Source: an uncultured Coriobacteriales bacterium (GTDB lineage Bacteria > Actinomycetota > Coriobacteriia > Coriobacteriales > UMGS124). From it: DNA of 64,000 bases. Of the stretch, positions 18,176-26,321 are shown piece by piece. The notes beneath the pieces are model-generated. The model made no database searches. It saw nothing but the letters and a program-made list of their open reading frames with translations, and was not told where the DNA came from. Each line of letters opens with the position of its first letter. Within the stretch, counting starts at the first letter, position 1. The stretch is from the NCBI GenBank assembly GCA_902464015.1, contig CABQHM010000008.1, forward strand, positions 6,253 to 70,252, read 5' to 3'. Made by a program: the position numbers and the translations under genes.

Positions 18176-18754
18176 CTAGTCGTTGTTCATGAGACGGCGC
18201 AGCGTGGCGAGGAGGTCGTCGCTCGACTCGCTGTTCGAGTCGTCGTCCTCCTTGTCGGCGCGCAGGATGTCCCAGGGGTCGCGGCCCGCCGCAAGCTGGC
18301 AGGCGACGCTGGCGTAGGCGTGCACGGTGGAGAGGCCCTTGCCCAGGCAGTCGGCCAGGTCGCCGCCGTGGACGAGGTCGACGGGCTCCTCGGGGCGGAA
18401 GTGCAGCCAACCCTCGTCGTCCACCATGAGGCCGGCCACGATGAAGCTTGCGTTCAGGCGGCGGAAGAGCTTCCTCGTTACCTTCATGAGCTCGGGTGTG
18501 ACGCGCTGGTTCATGACGATGTCGACGGCCGCCATGCCCGTGGCGGGGTCGACGACCGCAACCGCTTCGGCAAATCCGCAACCGTGGCGGTTGCCGCAGG
18601 CGCGGAAGGTGCCTTCCGGGCCCTCGCAGTAGGGGGTGCGCACAGCGTCGAGCTGGCGGCGCGCGCACTCGAGGGGGGTCTCGGCGCAGGTCTCTCCGTC
18701 ACGGCCGTTCTCCACGTCGGAGAAGATGCGTCCAAGTTCGTCGAAGTAGCTCAT
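18176..18754 (-). CDS. Hypothetical 192-aa protein with an acidic tail (possibly YbjN/chaperone-like)
   Basis: GAAAGGA precedes ATG 18754. The central pattern (FRRLNASFIVAGLMVDDEGWLHFRPEEPVDL) resembles YbjN-type folds; this is inference only. The C-terminus is D/E/S-rich. Confidence 0.6.
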   Translation of the reverse strand: MSYFDELGRIFSDVENGRDGETCAETPLECARRQLDAVRTPYCEGPEGTFRACGNRHGCGFAEAVAVVDPATGMAAVDIVMNQRVTPELMKVTRKLFRRLNASFIVAGLMVDDEGWLHFRPEEPVDLVHGGDLADCLGKGLSTVHAYASVACQLAAGRDPWDILRADKEDDDSNSESSDDLLATLRRLMNND

Positions 18755-18848
18755 GCGATGTCCTTTCTCGTTGGCGCGGTTTTCTTTGTCCCGCGCATTT
18801 GACGAGGTCAGTATCGCCCCCAGCCGCCTTGCCGACGAGTTGCCAAAA

Positions 18849-18906
18849 AGGTGCGACTTTGGTGCATCCAGGGTGCAAAGGGGTGCACGAGAGACGCGAG
18901 GGGTGC
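18849..18906 (+). promoter_or_regulatory. Five phased direct repeats GGTGC(A/G) in a divergent promoter region
   Basis: Copies start at 18849, 18860, 18871, 18881 and 18901 (spacing 11, 11, 10, 20 nt). They lie between the operon start (18754) and the 5'-nucleotidase start (19074). Confidence 0.5.
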
Positions 18907-19073
18907 ACGGGATGAGGGTTTCACGTTTCGATTGCGGACAAACCGTTTACGTTTCTTGCACTTTCTTTTGGTGCCTGTGGCAGCCAAGACTTGTTACCAT
19001 GCTGCCAACACGCGATGCGCTTGGCTGGTTTTCTGGCTTTGCTGGGCGCGCAAACTGAAGGAGCTGAGCCGCC

Positions 19074-21128
19074 GTGATTGATACCCGCTTCCTCGATGTT
19101 ATCCCTGCAATTGGTGCCACTCTGTCTCGCCCTACGCGCCGCGCCGTGGTCGCGGGTGCGTGCGGGGCTGCGGCGCTGGCGGCTGCGTCTGGCGTGGCGC
19201 CGCTGGGGCAGGGCCAAGTGCTCGCTGATGAGAGCGCCCGCGCCGACCAGGTCGTCATCTACCACACGAACGACGTCCACGGCCACCTGCAGGGGGACGG
19301 TTCTTCAGCCGTTGGCATCGACTACGTGGCGGCCCTGCACGTCTCCACCCCCAACAGCCTGCTGGTTGATGCAGGCGATGCGACGCAGGGCATGCCGGTC
19401 GTGTCGCTCTCCAAGGGCGCCTCTGCCATCGAGCTCATGAACGCCGCAGGCTACGACGCTATGTGCCTGGGCAACCATGAGTTTGACTTCGGCCAGGAAG
19501 TGCTGCTCACAAATGCCGAGGCAGCTGAGTTCCCGATGCTGAGCGCCAATGTCGTGCGCAAGGACTCGGGCGAGGCCTTGCTGGCGGGCGTGGGCGTATG
19601 CGGTAACGGCGTCACTGCGGTGCTGGAGTGTGCGGGCCGCCACATCGGAGTCTTCGGCATCACCACCGCCTCCACCAGCCACAGCACATCGCCGGCAAAC
19701 GTGGAGGGCCTTCAGTTTGAAGACGAGGTCGATACGGCCCGGCGTTGCATCGCCGAGCTTGCCGCGCAGGGGGTCGACGCCATCGTGGCCCTATGCCACC
19801 TGGGCGATGGCCCCGTGTCGTGCCGTGCCGTCGACCTGGCCGCCGAGCTTGAGCCCGAAGAAGCCGCCAAGCTCAGCGTCATCGTGGACGGCCACAGCCA
19901 CACGGTTGAGAACATCGAGGTCAACGGCGTTCTTGTTGTGCAGACGGGCTGCAATTTGGCAAACATTGGCAGGCTGACGCTGGCATTTGACGCTGACGGC
20001 TCGGTTTCTGCCATCGAGGAGCTGCTCGACCCCGAGGCCGCGGCGCAGGCCGTTGAACCCGCCTCTGAGGTGACCGAGGTTCTTGCCGAGGTCAGCGCCG
20101 AGCAAGACGCGCTCATGGCGCAAGTGCTCTTCGATACGCCTACCACGCTTTGGGCCGGATGGCTCTCCGAGAGTGCCATCTCCGCTCCCACGCGTGCGGT
20201 GGAGACGAACCTGGGCGACGTTGTGTGCGATGCGTTTCGCGCGGCGGCAGGTGCCTACCTCGAAGGTGAGGGGCTGGAGAGCATGCCGGTTGTCGCTGTG
20301 GAGAACGGCGGCGGCATCCGTGAGGCGTTTGCCCGCGGTATGGTCTCGATGGGAAATCTCGTGGCGGCGTTTCCCTTCTCCAACACCGTCGTGCTGAAAA
20401 AGGTCACGCCTCGCGTGCTGCACGATTTGTTTGAGGGGTCGTTTTCCGGCATGGCCGGGCAGGATCCCCAGACGGGCATGCTGCTCCAGGAGGCTGTCTC
20501 AGGCGGTTTTCTGCAGATGGCAGGCTGCGACGTCGTGTGTGACCCCAACGCCGAAGCGGGCGCCCGCGTGCAGGCGATCACGCTCGAAGGCGCGGCCGAG
20601 CCGCTCGACCTCGCCGACGACGAGACGCCCCTGCTTCTCGTTTCCAACAGCTACGTGATGGCGGGCGGCGACTCCTATGCCGCCGTGGCTGGCATCGACC
20701 CCATGGCCGATCTGGGCGGTGAGCTCGAGATACTCCAAAACTATCTGGTAGAGCTTACCGGTGATGACAACGACGCCGAGTCTCCCTCGCTTCCCCTGTA
20801 TGCCGGCACGTTGGAGCGCTTGCAGCTGCGCGGCGGCTACGAGCCTGCCGGCTGGGTGGCGGTCGTCCGCCTGGTCGACGGAAGTGGCGTTGCGCTCCCT
20901 GGGTGTGCCGCGACGCTCGAGGTGGACGCCAGCGAGCGCGTTGATGTGCAGGCTGATGAGAACGGCCTGGTCTACCTGGATGTTTCCGATGGCCCGCACG
21001 CCGTTTGCCTGGTTGCGGCCGATGGAAGCGACGTTGTGGGGCCCGAGCATTACGTGAACAACTACCTGGGCTACGGCCTTGTTGAGGATGATTTACGCTC
21101 GTATCCCGAGATTGCGGTTGAGGGATAG
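19074..21128 (+). CDS. Tat-exported bifunctional metallophosphatase/5'-nucleotidase (UshA-like)
   Basis: GTG start after AAGGAG. Tat motif SRPTRRAVVAGACGAAALA. Metallophosphatase motifs YHTNDVHGH and GNHEFDFG. 5'-nucleotidase C-terminal domain plus an extra C-terminal beta-rich module. Confidence 0.85.
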   Translation: MIDTRFLDVIPAIGATLSRPTRRAVVAGACGAAALAAASGVAPLGQGQVLADESARADQVVIYHTNDVHGHLQGDGSSAVGIDYVAALHVSTPNSLLVDAGDATQGMPVVSLSKGASAIELMNAAGYDAMCLGNHEFDFGQEVLLTNAEAAEFPMLSANVVRKDSGEALLAGVGVCGNGVTAVLECAGRHIGVFGITTASTSHSTSPANVEGLQFEDEVDTARRCIAELAAQGVDAIVALCHLGDGPVSCRAVDLAAELEPEEAAKLSVIVDGHSHTVENIEVNGVLVVQTGCNLANIGRLTLAFDADGSVSAIEELLDPEAAAQAVEPASEVTEVLAEVSAEQDALMAQVLFDTPTTLWAGWLSESAISAPTRAVETNLGDVVCDAFRAAAGAYLEGEGLESMPVVAVENGGGIREAFARGMVSMGNLVAAFPFSNTVVLKKVTPRVLHDLFEGSFSGMAGQDPQTGMLLQEAVSGGFLQMAGCDVVCDPNAEAGARVQAITLEGAAEPLDLADDETPLLLVSNSYVMAGGDSYAAVAGIDPMADLGGELEILQNYLVELTGDDNDAESPSLPLYAGTLERLQLRGGYEPAGWVAVVRLVDGSGVALPGCAATLEVDASERVDVQADENGLVYLDVSDGPHAVCLVAADGSDVVGPEHYVNNYLGYGLVEDDLRSYPEIAVEG

Positions 21129-21142
21129 GGGCTGGAAGGGAC

Positions 21143-22231
21143 ATGGGTTTGTCGAAGAAGAGCATCGGGTTTGCCCTGGGGGCCCTTGGCGCCGCGGGGG
21201 TTTCGGCGCTGCTGGCATATGGCGTGCACAAGGCTGACCCGCGCTTTTACCGTACCAAGTTTGGGCCGGCCGTTGTGTGCACCACGACCGACGCCGACGG
21301 GCGAGCGGTGCGCCTCTTGCTTGTGGGGCGCAGCGTGCAGTCTGCGACGTACGTGGACGAAGAATACCGAGCCGAGCCGGTCTTCGACTACTACCTGGCC
21401 TTCGACCTCATGTTTGATGCCAAGCCCGACATCGAGCGCGTCCTCATGGTGGGCGGCGGCGGGTACGCCTATCCCAAGCACATCATCGCCACGCGGCCCG
21501 AGGTGCACATGGACGTGGTCGAGATCGACCCGGCCATCACGCGCATTGCGCTCAAGGACTTCTACCTTGCGGAGTATCTCTCCGACTTCCCCTTTGGTGG
21601 GACCTACGACCTGGGCAGGGTGTGTGCCGACGGGTGCGACTACCTGGCCGATTTGTCCCATGTGCTGCGAGAAGAGCTTGGGGGAGAGGGCCGCGGAATC
21701 GGTCGTGCCGAGCGCGTGATTGGGGATGCCGCGTGCAGGACTGCTGACAACCGTGGGCCCAGTGGCATCGCGAATGAGGTTGATGGGGCCGAGTGCGAGG
21801 TCGGCGATGCTGCGTGCCAGACCGACCATGCCGGGCACGTGACCGGCGATGTCGCGGACCAAACTGACCACGCCATGCCTGACACTGAGTTTGCCCGCCA
21901 GGCGCGCCGTCGCTACGGTGCGAGCTTCGGACGGCGCTATGACGCCATGGTTTTCGACGTATTTGCTGGTAAAAAGCCCGTTGCGTCCCTTGCGAGTCCA
22001 GCGACCATCCGCAACGCCCATGCCTGCCTGAACCCCGGCGGCGTCCTCATCGCCAACGTTGTTTCAACGCTCGAGGGCCCAAAATCGACGTTTCTGCACC
22101 AGTACGTCGAGGCCCTCGAGGGCGAGTTCGCCTACGTCCACGTTATCCCCCTCTCACCCGACAGCACCGACGTTCCCGATAACGTCATTCTCCTCGCCAC
22201 CGACGCCACCTGGGAGTTCGCGGGGATGTAG
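21143..22231 (+). CDS. Spermidine-synthase-like SAM-dependent transferase with an N-terminal TM anchor
   Basis: N-terminal helix GFALGALGAAGVSALLAY. Rossmann-like MVGGGGYAYP..DVVEIDP. It contains a repeat-bearing insertion (see findings). Confidence 0.7.
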   Translation: MGLSKKSIGFALGALGAAGVSALLAYGVHKADPRFYRTKFGPAVVCTTTDADGRAVRLLLVGRSVQSATYVDEEYRAEPVFDYYLAFDLMFDAKPDIERVLMVGGGGYAYPKHIIATRPEVHMDVVEIDPAITRIALKDFYLAEYLSDFPFGGTYDLGRVCADGCDYLADLSHVLREELGGEGRGIGRAERVIGDAACRTADNRGPSGIANEVDGAECEVGDAACQTDHAGHVTGDVADQTDHAMPDTEFARQARRRYGASFGRRYDAMVFDVFAGKKPVASLASPATIRNAHACLNPGGVLIANVVSTLEGPKSTFLHQYVEALEGEFAYVHVIPLSPDSTDVPDNVILLATDATWEFAGM

Positions 22232-22233
22232 CC

Positions 22234-22280
22234 AAAAAAAGCCCGCGCTTTGGCGATGTGTGCCAAGACGCGGGCTTTTT
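22234..22280. terminator. Bidirectional rho-independent terminator
   Basis: AAAAAAA-GCCCGCG...CGCGGGC-TTTTT between convergent genes. Confidence 0.75.
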
Positions 22281-22300
22281 CATGGGCGCAGCCGGAATGC

Positions 22301-22642
22301 TTAAAACTCCAGGTAACTTGTGATGACCTGCACGTAGGCCCGATTAACGCGCCCAATCGGTGCCTCACGTAGGAGCTTGTCGTACGATAGCTCGAATACT
22401 TGGTCTATACGCACGAACGACGGCTTTCTTAAACCGCATTCTTGCCAGTCGAGAATGGGCAGGCATTTACCCGAGCCGTCTGCCCTGAGGTCTTTCGAAG
22501 TCACTTTTGCCGCTATGACCAGGCAGTGCCCGTCTTGAACGTCAAGAACAATAACTGGCCTCACCTTGCCGATGCCGGGATGATCGGCAAATTCAACATA
22601 GGCGAGCCAGACATCCCCGATCGAAGGCTTATGCCAGGTCAT
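22301..22642 (-). CDS. PemK/MazF-family type II toxin
   Basis: Track ORF 22301..22708. ATG 22642 (MTWHKPSIGDVWLAYVEFADHPGIGKVRPVIVL) gives the usual ~113-aa MazF-like size and N-terminal pattern. It overlaps the antitoxin stop. Confidence 0.8.
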   Translation of the reverse strand: MTWHKPSIGDVWLAYVEFADHPGIGKVRPVIVLDVQDGHCLVIAAKVTSKDLRADGSGKCLPILDWQECGLRKPSFVRIDQVFELSYDKLLREAPIGRVNRAYVQVITSYLEF

Positions 22643-22895
22643 CGTAGAGTCCGTCGTCTTCGGCGCAGTCCCAGTCTGCTGGTAGGGTAGTCGTACGGGT
22701 TCTGACATCCATGGATATGACGTCCTGCTTTGACCAGTCTATATTTGGAATGTGGTCCTCAGATATTGGTGCAATAACAACCCATGGTTTCGAGTTTCGA
22801 AAGACTGTGACTGGTTGTCTTGTGGAAGAAACGGTTGCGGCAATCTTAGAGAAGTTGGCGCGGGTCTCTGCAACTGTTGCTGTGAGTTCGGGCAT
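22629..22895 (-). CDS. Phd/YefM-family antitoxin
   Basis: ATVAETRANFSKIAATVSSTRQPVTVFRNSKPWVVIAP is the classic YefM N-terminal domain. The C-terminus is acidic. Confidence 0.8.
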   Translation of the reverse strand: MPELTATVAETRANFSKIAATVSSTRQPVTVFRNSKPWVVIAPISEDHIPNIDWSKQDVISMDVRTRTTTLPADWDCAEDDGLYDDLA

Positions 22896-23048
22896 TGTTC
22901 CTCCTTTGCAACTAACTGAAGTAGAATTATAGCGCTCATTATGTACATGATACTAGACATCGTTACAAATTGAAACCATGCATGCGTCGTAACGGGCATG
23001 CTGCTAAAATAGGCACACGATCCGTTTTTGGATGAAAGGCGGTTTGCG

Positions 23049-23753
23049 ATGGTCGAGAAGACGGGCACTGTGCAGGTCCCTGCGAACGCTCCAGTGCAGG
23101 GCGGTGCGGAAGCGACGGCGACGAAGGCCCCCTTCACTCCGAAGGTTGACCTTCCCAAGGAGAAAAAGCCGCGCACGCCGATTCCCATCAAGTTCAACTC
23201 ACCGGTGATTCTTGGATTTGCGGCCCTGTCGCTCGTGGCATTGTTGCTGGGGCTCATTACCGGAGGGGCGACCAACACGCTGCTTTTCAGCACGTACCGC
23301 ACCTCGGCGCTCGACCCGCTTGGCTTCGTGCGCATGTTCACATACGTGCTGGGTCACGCCGACTTCCAGCATTGGATCACCAACATTACGCTGCTCCTCA
23401 TCGTAGGCCCCCTGATTGAGGAGAAGTACGGCAGCATCAAGACCCTTCTGCTCATTCTCATCACCGCGTTTGTCACGGCGGTCTTCAACAACCTGCTCTT
23501 TAGCACGGGGCTGATGGGTGCGAGCGGCATCGTCTTCGCGATGATCCTGCTCTCCTCGTTTGCCAGCTACGAGAGGGGTTCCATCCCACTCACGCTTATC
23601 CTCGTTGCGGTGATTTTCATCGGCGGCCAGATTTTCGCAGCTCTACAGCCCGATGGCATCTCCCAGTTCGCTCACATCTTCGGCGGCATCGTGGGCTGCG
23701 CCGCCGGCTTCTTCATGAACCGCAAGGCTTCGAAGAAAGGCAAGAAGAAGTAA
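23049..23753 (+). CDS. Rhomboid-family intramembrane serine protease
   Basis: Catalytic GASGIVFAM and downstream HIFGGIVG. Six TM helices. Alternative TTG start at 23028. Confidence 0.85.
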   Translation: MVEKTGTVQVPANAPVQGGAEATATKAPFTPKVDLPKEKKPRTPIPIKFNSPVILGFAALSLVALLLGLITGGATNTLLFSTYRTSALDPLGFVRMFTYVLGHADFQHWITNITLLLIVGPLIEEKYGSIKTLLLILITAFVTAVFNNLLFSTGLMGASGIVFAMILLSSFASYERGSIPLTLILVAVIFIGGQIFAALQPDGISQFAHIFGGIVGCAAGFFMNRKASKKGKKK

Positions 23754-23777
23754 GGCTCAGCAAGCAAATAGGTCACG

Positions 23778-23813
23778 AAAAAGGGCTTCGGGAACAATCC
23801 CGAAGCCCTTTTT
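23778..23813. terminator. Bidirectional rho-independent terminator
   Basis: AAAAA-GGGCTTCGGG..CCCGAAGCCC-TTTTT. Confidence 0.8.
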
Positions 23814-23953
23814 GCAGGCGGTGTTTTGCTGCCCTATAAGGTGAATCGCCTGTTGGACCGCCTCGTCGCCAGTTGTGCAAGCTGCTCTTGCACTAGTCCC
23901 AACAAAGATTGCATCAGCCCTAAATGAGTGCCTCGCCGCAGGTTGCTTACCTC

Positions 23954-25366
23954 TTACGCCAGCCCCAGCCAGGTCTGTACCACGGGAATCCAGCCGCCGA
24001 TGAGGATGACGACGATGAGCACGGGCAGCACGTAGGTGAGGTAGCCGCGTGCCCAGCGCGGGAACTTGAGGCCCTCGCCGGTGTTGGCCTCGGCCAGGAA
24101 GTTGTCGAAGCCCCAGCCGCGCTTATGCGTGCAGAAAAGCAGCAGCAACAGGCCGCCAAGGGGCAGCAGGTTGTTGGACATGATGAAGTCTTCAACGCCC
24201 TGGATGTCGCCGATGCCGGGCACAACGACGCCAGAAAGCACGTTGAAGCCCAGCAGGCACGGCAGGCTCAGGAGGAAGAGCAAAATGCCGTTGATGACGC
24301 AGGCCTTCTTGCGCGGCGTGCCCCACTGGTCCATCGAGAAGCTCATGATGTTCTCAAAGACGGCCACCACGGTGCTGAGCGCGGCAAAGCTCATGAACAG
24401 GAAGAAAAGCGTGCACCAGAGCTGGCCGAGAGGCATCTGCTCAAAAACGCTGGGAAGCGTGATGAACACGAGGCCAGGGCCGCTACCAGGTTCGACGCCA
24501 AAGGCGAAGCAGGCGGGGAAGATGATGAGGCCGGCCATGAGCGCGACGAGGGTGTCAACACCGGCAATGCGCACAGCCTCGCCGGGAAGCGAGCGGTCCT
24601 TGCCCAGGTAACTGCCGAAAATCAGCATGCCGCCCGCGCCGATGGACAACGTGAAGAACGCCTGGCCCATGGCGGCGTACACGGCGTCCACGGTGTTGCC
24701 CAGACCCTGGCCGAAGAGCTTGTCGAAGTCGGGCAGCAGGTAAAAGGCCAGGCCGTCCATGCCGCCGGGCAGGGTGACTGCGCGCACGCACAGCACGAGC
24801 ATGATGACGAACAATGCGCTCATCATGACCTTCGTGATGCGCTCCACGCCCTTCTGCAAGCCTAGGCTGCAAATAAGCACGCCGAGTACTACGACGATGG
24901 CCATGTACACGAGCATCTCGCCGGGACTGGCGAGCAGCGCGTTGAAGATCTGGCTGCTCTGCTCTGCCGTGACGCCCGCGAGCTGCCCCGTTGCGCTCTT
25001 CACCATGAAGGCGAGCATCCAGCCTGCAACGGTAGTGTAGAACATCATGAGCAGATAGTTGCCGACCAGGCCGAGCCACTTGATGCGGTGCCATTTGGTA
25101 CCCTCGGGCTCAAGCGTGTCGTAGCTGCGGGCAATGCTCTTCTGGCTCGCGCGGCCGGCGGCGAACTCCATTACCAGGATAGGCAGGCCAAAGATGAGAA
25201 GGAACACCAGGTACATGAGGACGAACGCACCGCCGCCGTACTCACCCGTGATATAGGGGAAACGCCAGACGTTGCCCAAGCCGATGGCGCAGCCTGCGCT
25301 CACCAGGATGAAGCCGAGCCGCGAGGCGAATTGTTCGCGCTCGGGGACGGAGGCGTGTTTTTCCAT
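23954..25366 (-). CDS. Neurotransmitter:sodium symporter (NSS/SNF) family transporter
   Basis: Track ORF 23954..25417, start ATG 25366 (MEKHASVPEREQFASRLGFILVSAGCAIGLGNVWRFPY). This is the hallmark NSS N-terminal motif. Confidence 0.85.
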   Translation of the reverse strand: MEKHASVPEREQFASRLGFILVSAGCAIGLGNVWRFPYITGEYGGGAFVLMYLVFLLIFGLPILVMEFAAGRASQKSIARSYDTLEPEGTKWHRIKWLGLVGNYLLMMFYTTVAGWMLAFMVKSATGQLAGVTAEQSSQIFNALLASPGEMLVYMAIVVVLGVLICSLGLQKGVERITKVMMSALFVIMLVLCVRAVTLPGGMDGLAFYLLPDFDKLFGQGLGNTVDAVYAAMGQAFFTLSIGAGGMLIFGSYLGKDRSLPGEAVRIAGVDTLVALMAGLIIFPACFAFGVEPGSGPGLVFITLPSVFEQMPLGQLWCTLFFLFMSFAALSTVVAVFENIMSFSMDQWGTPRKKACVINGILLFLLSLPCLLGFNVLSGVVVPGIGDIQGVEDFIMSNNLLPLGGLLLLLFCTHKRGWGFDNFLAEANTGEGLKFPRWARGYLTYVLPVLIVVILIGGWIPVVQTWLGLA

Positions 25367-25547
25367 TCTTGGTCTCCTTTGCGTGCTTGGGCGCCCTTGG
25401 ATTGAGCGCTTGCGCAAAAGCGCATACGGTCGTTTTCACACAACGGCATAGGATACCAGTCTTTTTTGCTGGAAGATGGCTGAAAACGCCCTAATTGGCT
25501 GCGTTTGCGTTCTGAATCACGCACTAGCCTCGCCGTCGCCAATAAAT

Positions 25548-25630
25548 AACATACATTTGAAGAGTTGAAATGTATGTTAAAGTATCAAAATCCCAGTTGG
25601 CACAATTTCTACATCTCTGAAATGTATGTT
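25548..25630. promoter_or_regulatory. AT-rich operator-like repeats: three copies of AAATGTATGTT, two of them forming a palindrome
   Basis: AACATACATTT (25548-58) and AAATGTATGTT (25568-78) are inverted. A third copy lies at 25620-30, 33 nt before the glycosylase ATG. Confidence 0.4.
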
Positions 25631-25662
25631 GTTTGCTGTCACTTCGAATGAATGAGGCCTGC

Positions 25663-26181
25663 ATGACTGATTCTTCTGCACATGCGTCGCTTGTTGTCCA
25701 TAGTGTCGAGCCCATCTGGTCGCCCGATGCCCGCGTGCTTGTGCTCGGGACCATGCCGAGCCCAAAGTCTCGTGAGGTGGGCATTCCCTACGGTCACCCG
25801 CAGAATCGCTTCTGGCCGGTGCTCGCCGCTCTTTTTAACGATCAGGATCCCAAGACGCCCGGGGGAAGGCGCGCCTTAGCCCGCGCACATCATGTTGCCA
25901 TTTTCGACGTGCTCAAGAGCTGCAATATTGAGGGCGCCTCGGATGCCTCCATTCGCGACGCGGTGCCTCAGGATATCCCTGCGTTTATCGCGGGCACGCA
26001 GATCGGCCACGTTGTGCTCACGGGCTCCACGGCCCTGCGATTTTACGAACGCTTTCTCGCCAAGAAAGTCGGCCTGCCGTACCGGGGCTTCCCCTCCACC
26101 AGCCCCGCCAACGCCCGCTGGAAACTACCCGATCTCATCGAGGCATACAGGCCGCTCAAGCAGTGGGCGGAAGGGGAATAG
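25663..26181 (+). CDS. Uracil-DNA-glycosylase superfamily protein, family-6-like (DNA-deoxyinosine/hypoxanthine glycosylase)
   Basis: ARVLVLGTMPSPKSREVGIPYGHPQNRFWPVLA matches the G(S/T)xPSxxS...HPxNRFW signature. About 170 aa. Confidence 0.75.
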   Translation: MTDSSAHASLVVHSVEPIWSPDARVLVLGTMPSPKSREVGIPYGHPQNRFWPVLAALFNDQDPKTPGGRRALARAHHVAIFDVLKSCNIEGASDASIRDAVPQDIPAFIAGTQIGHVVLTGSTALRFYERFLAKKVGLPYRGFPSTSPANARWKLPDLIEAYRPLKQWAEGE

Positions 26182-26257
26182 TCTGGCTTACCGGTGCTGG
26201 GGCGTATTCCTGGCGGCTCTTCTGCAGGGATTCCAAGCAAAAATAGTCCAACAAAGA

Positions 26258-26295
26258 GGGCTGGTTTCGAATGCGTCGAAGCCAGCCCTTTGATT
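26258..26295. terminator. Hairpin terminator between convergent genes
   Basis: GGGCTGGTTTCGAATGCGTCGAAGCCAGCCC followed by TTTGATT. Confidence 0.65.
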
Positions 26296-26321
26296 GCGCT
26301 ACAGACGTATTTACTGTTGAG

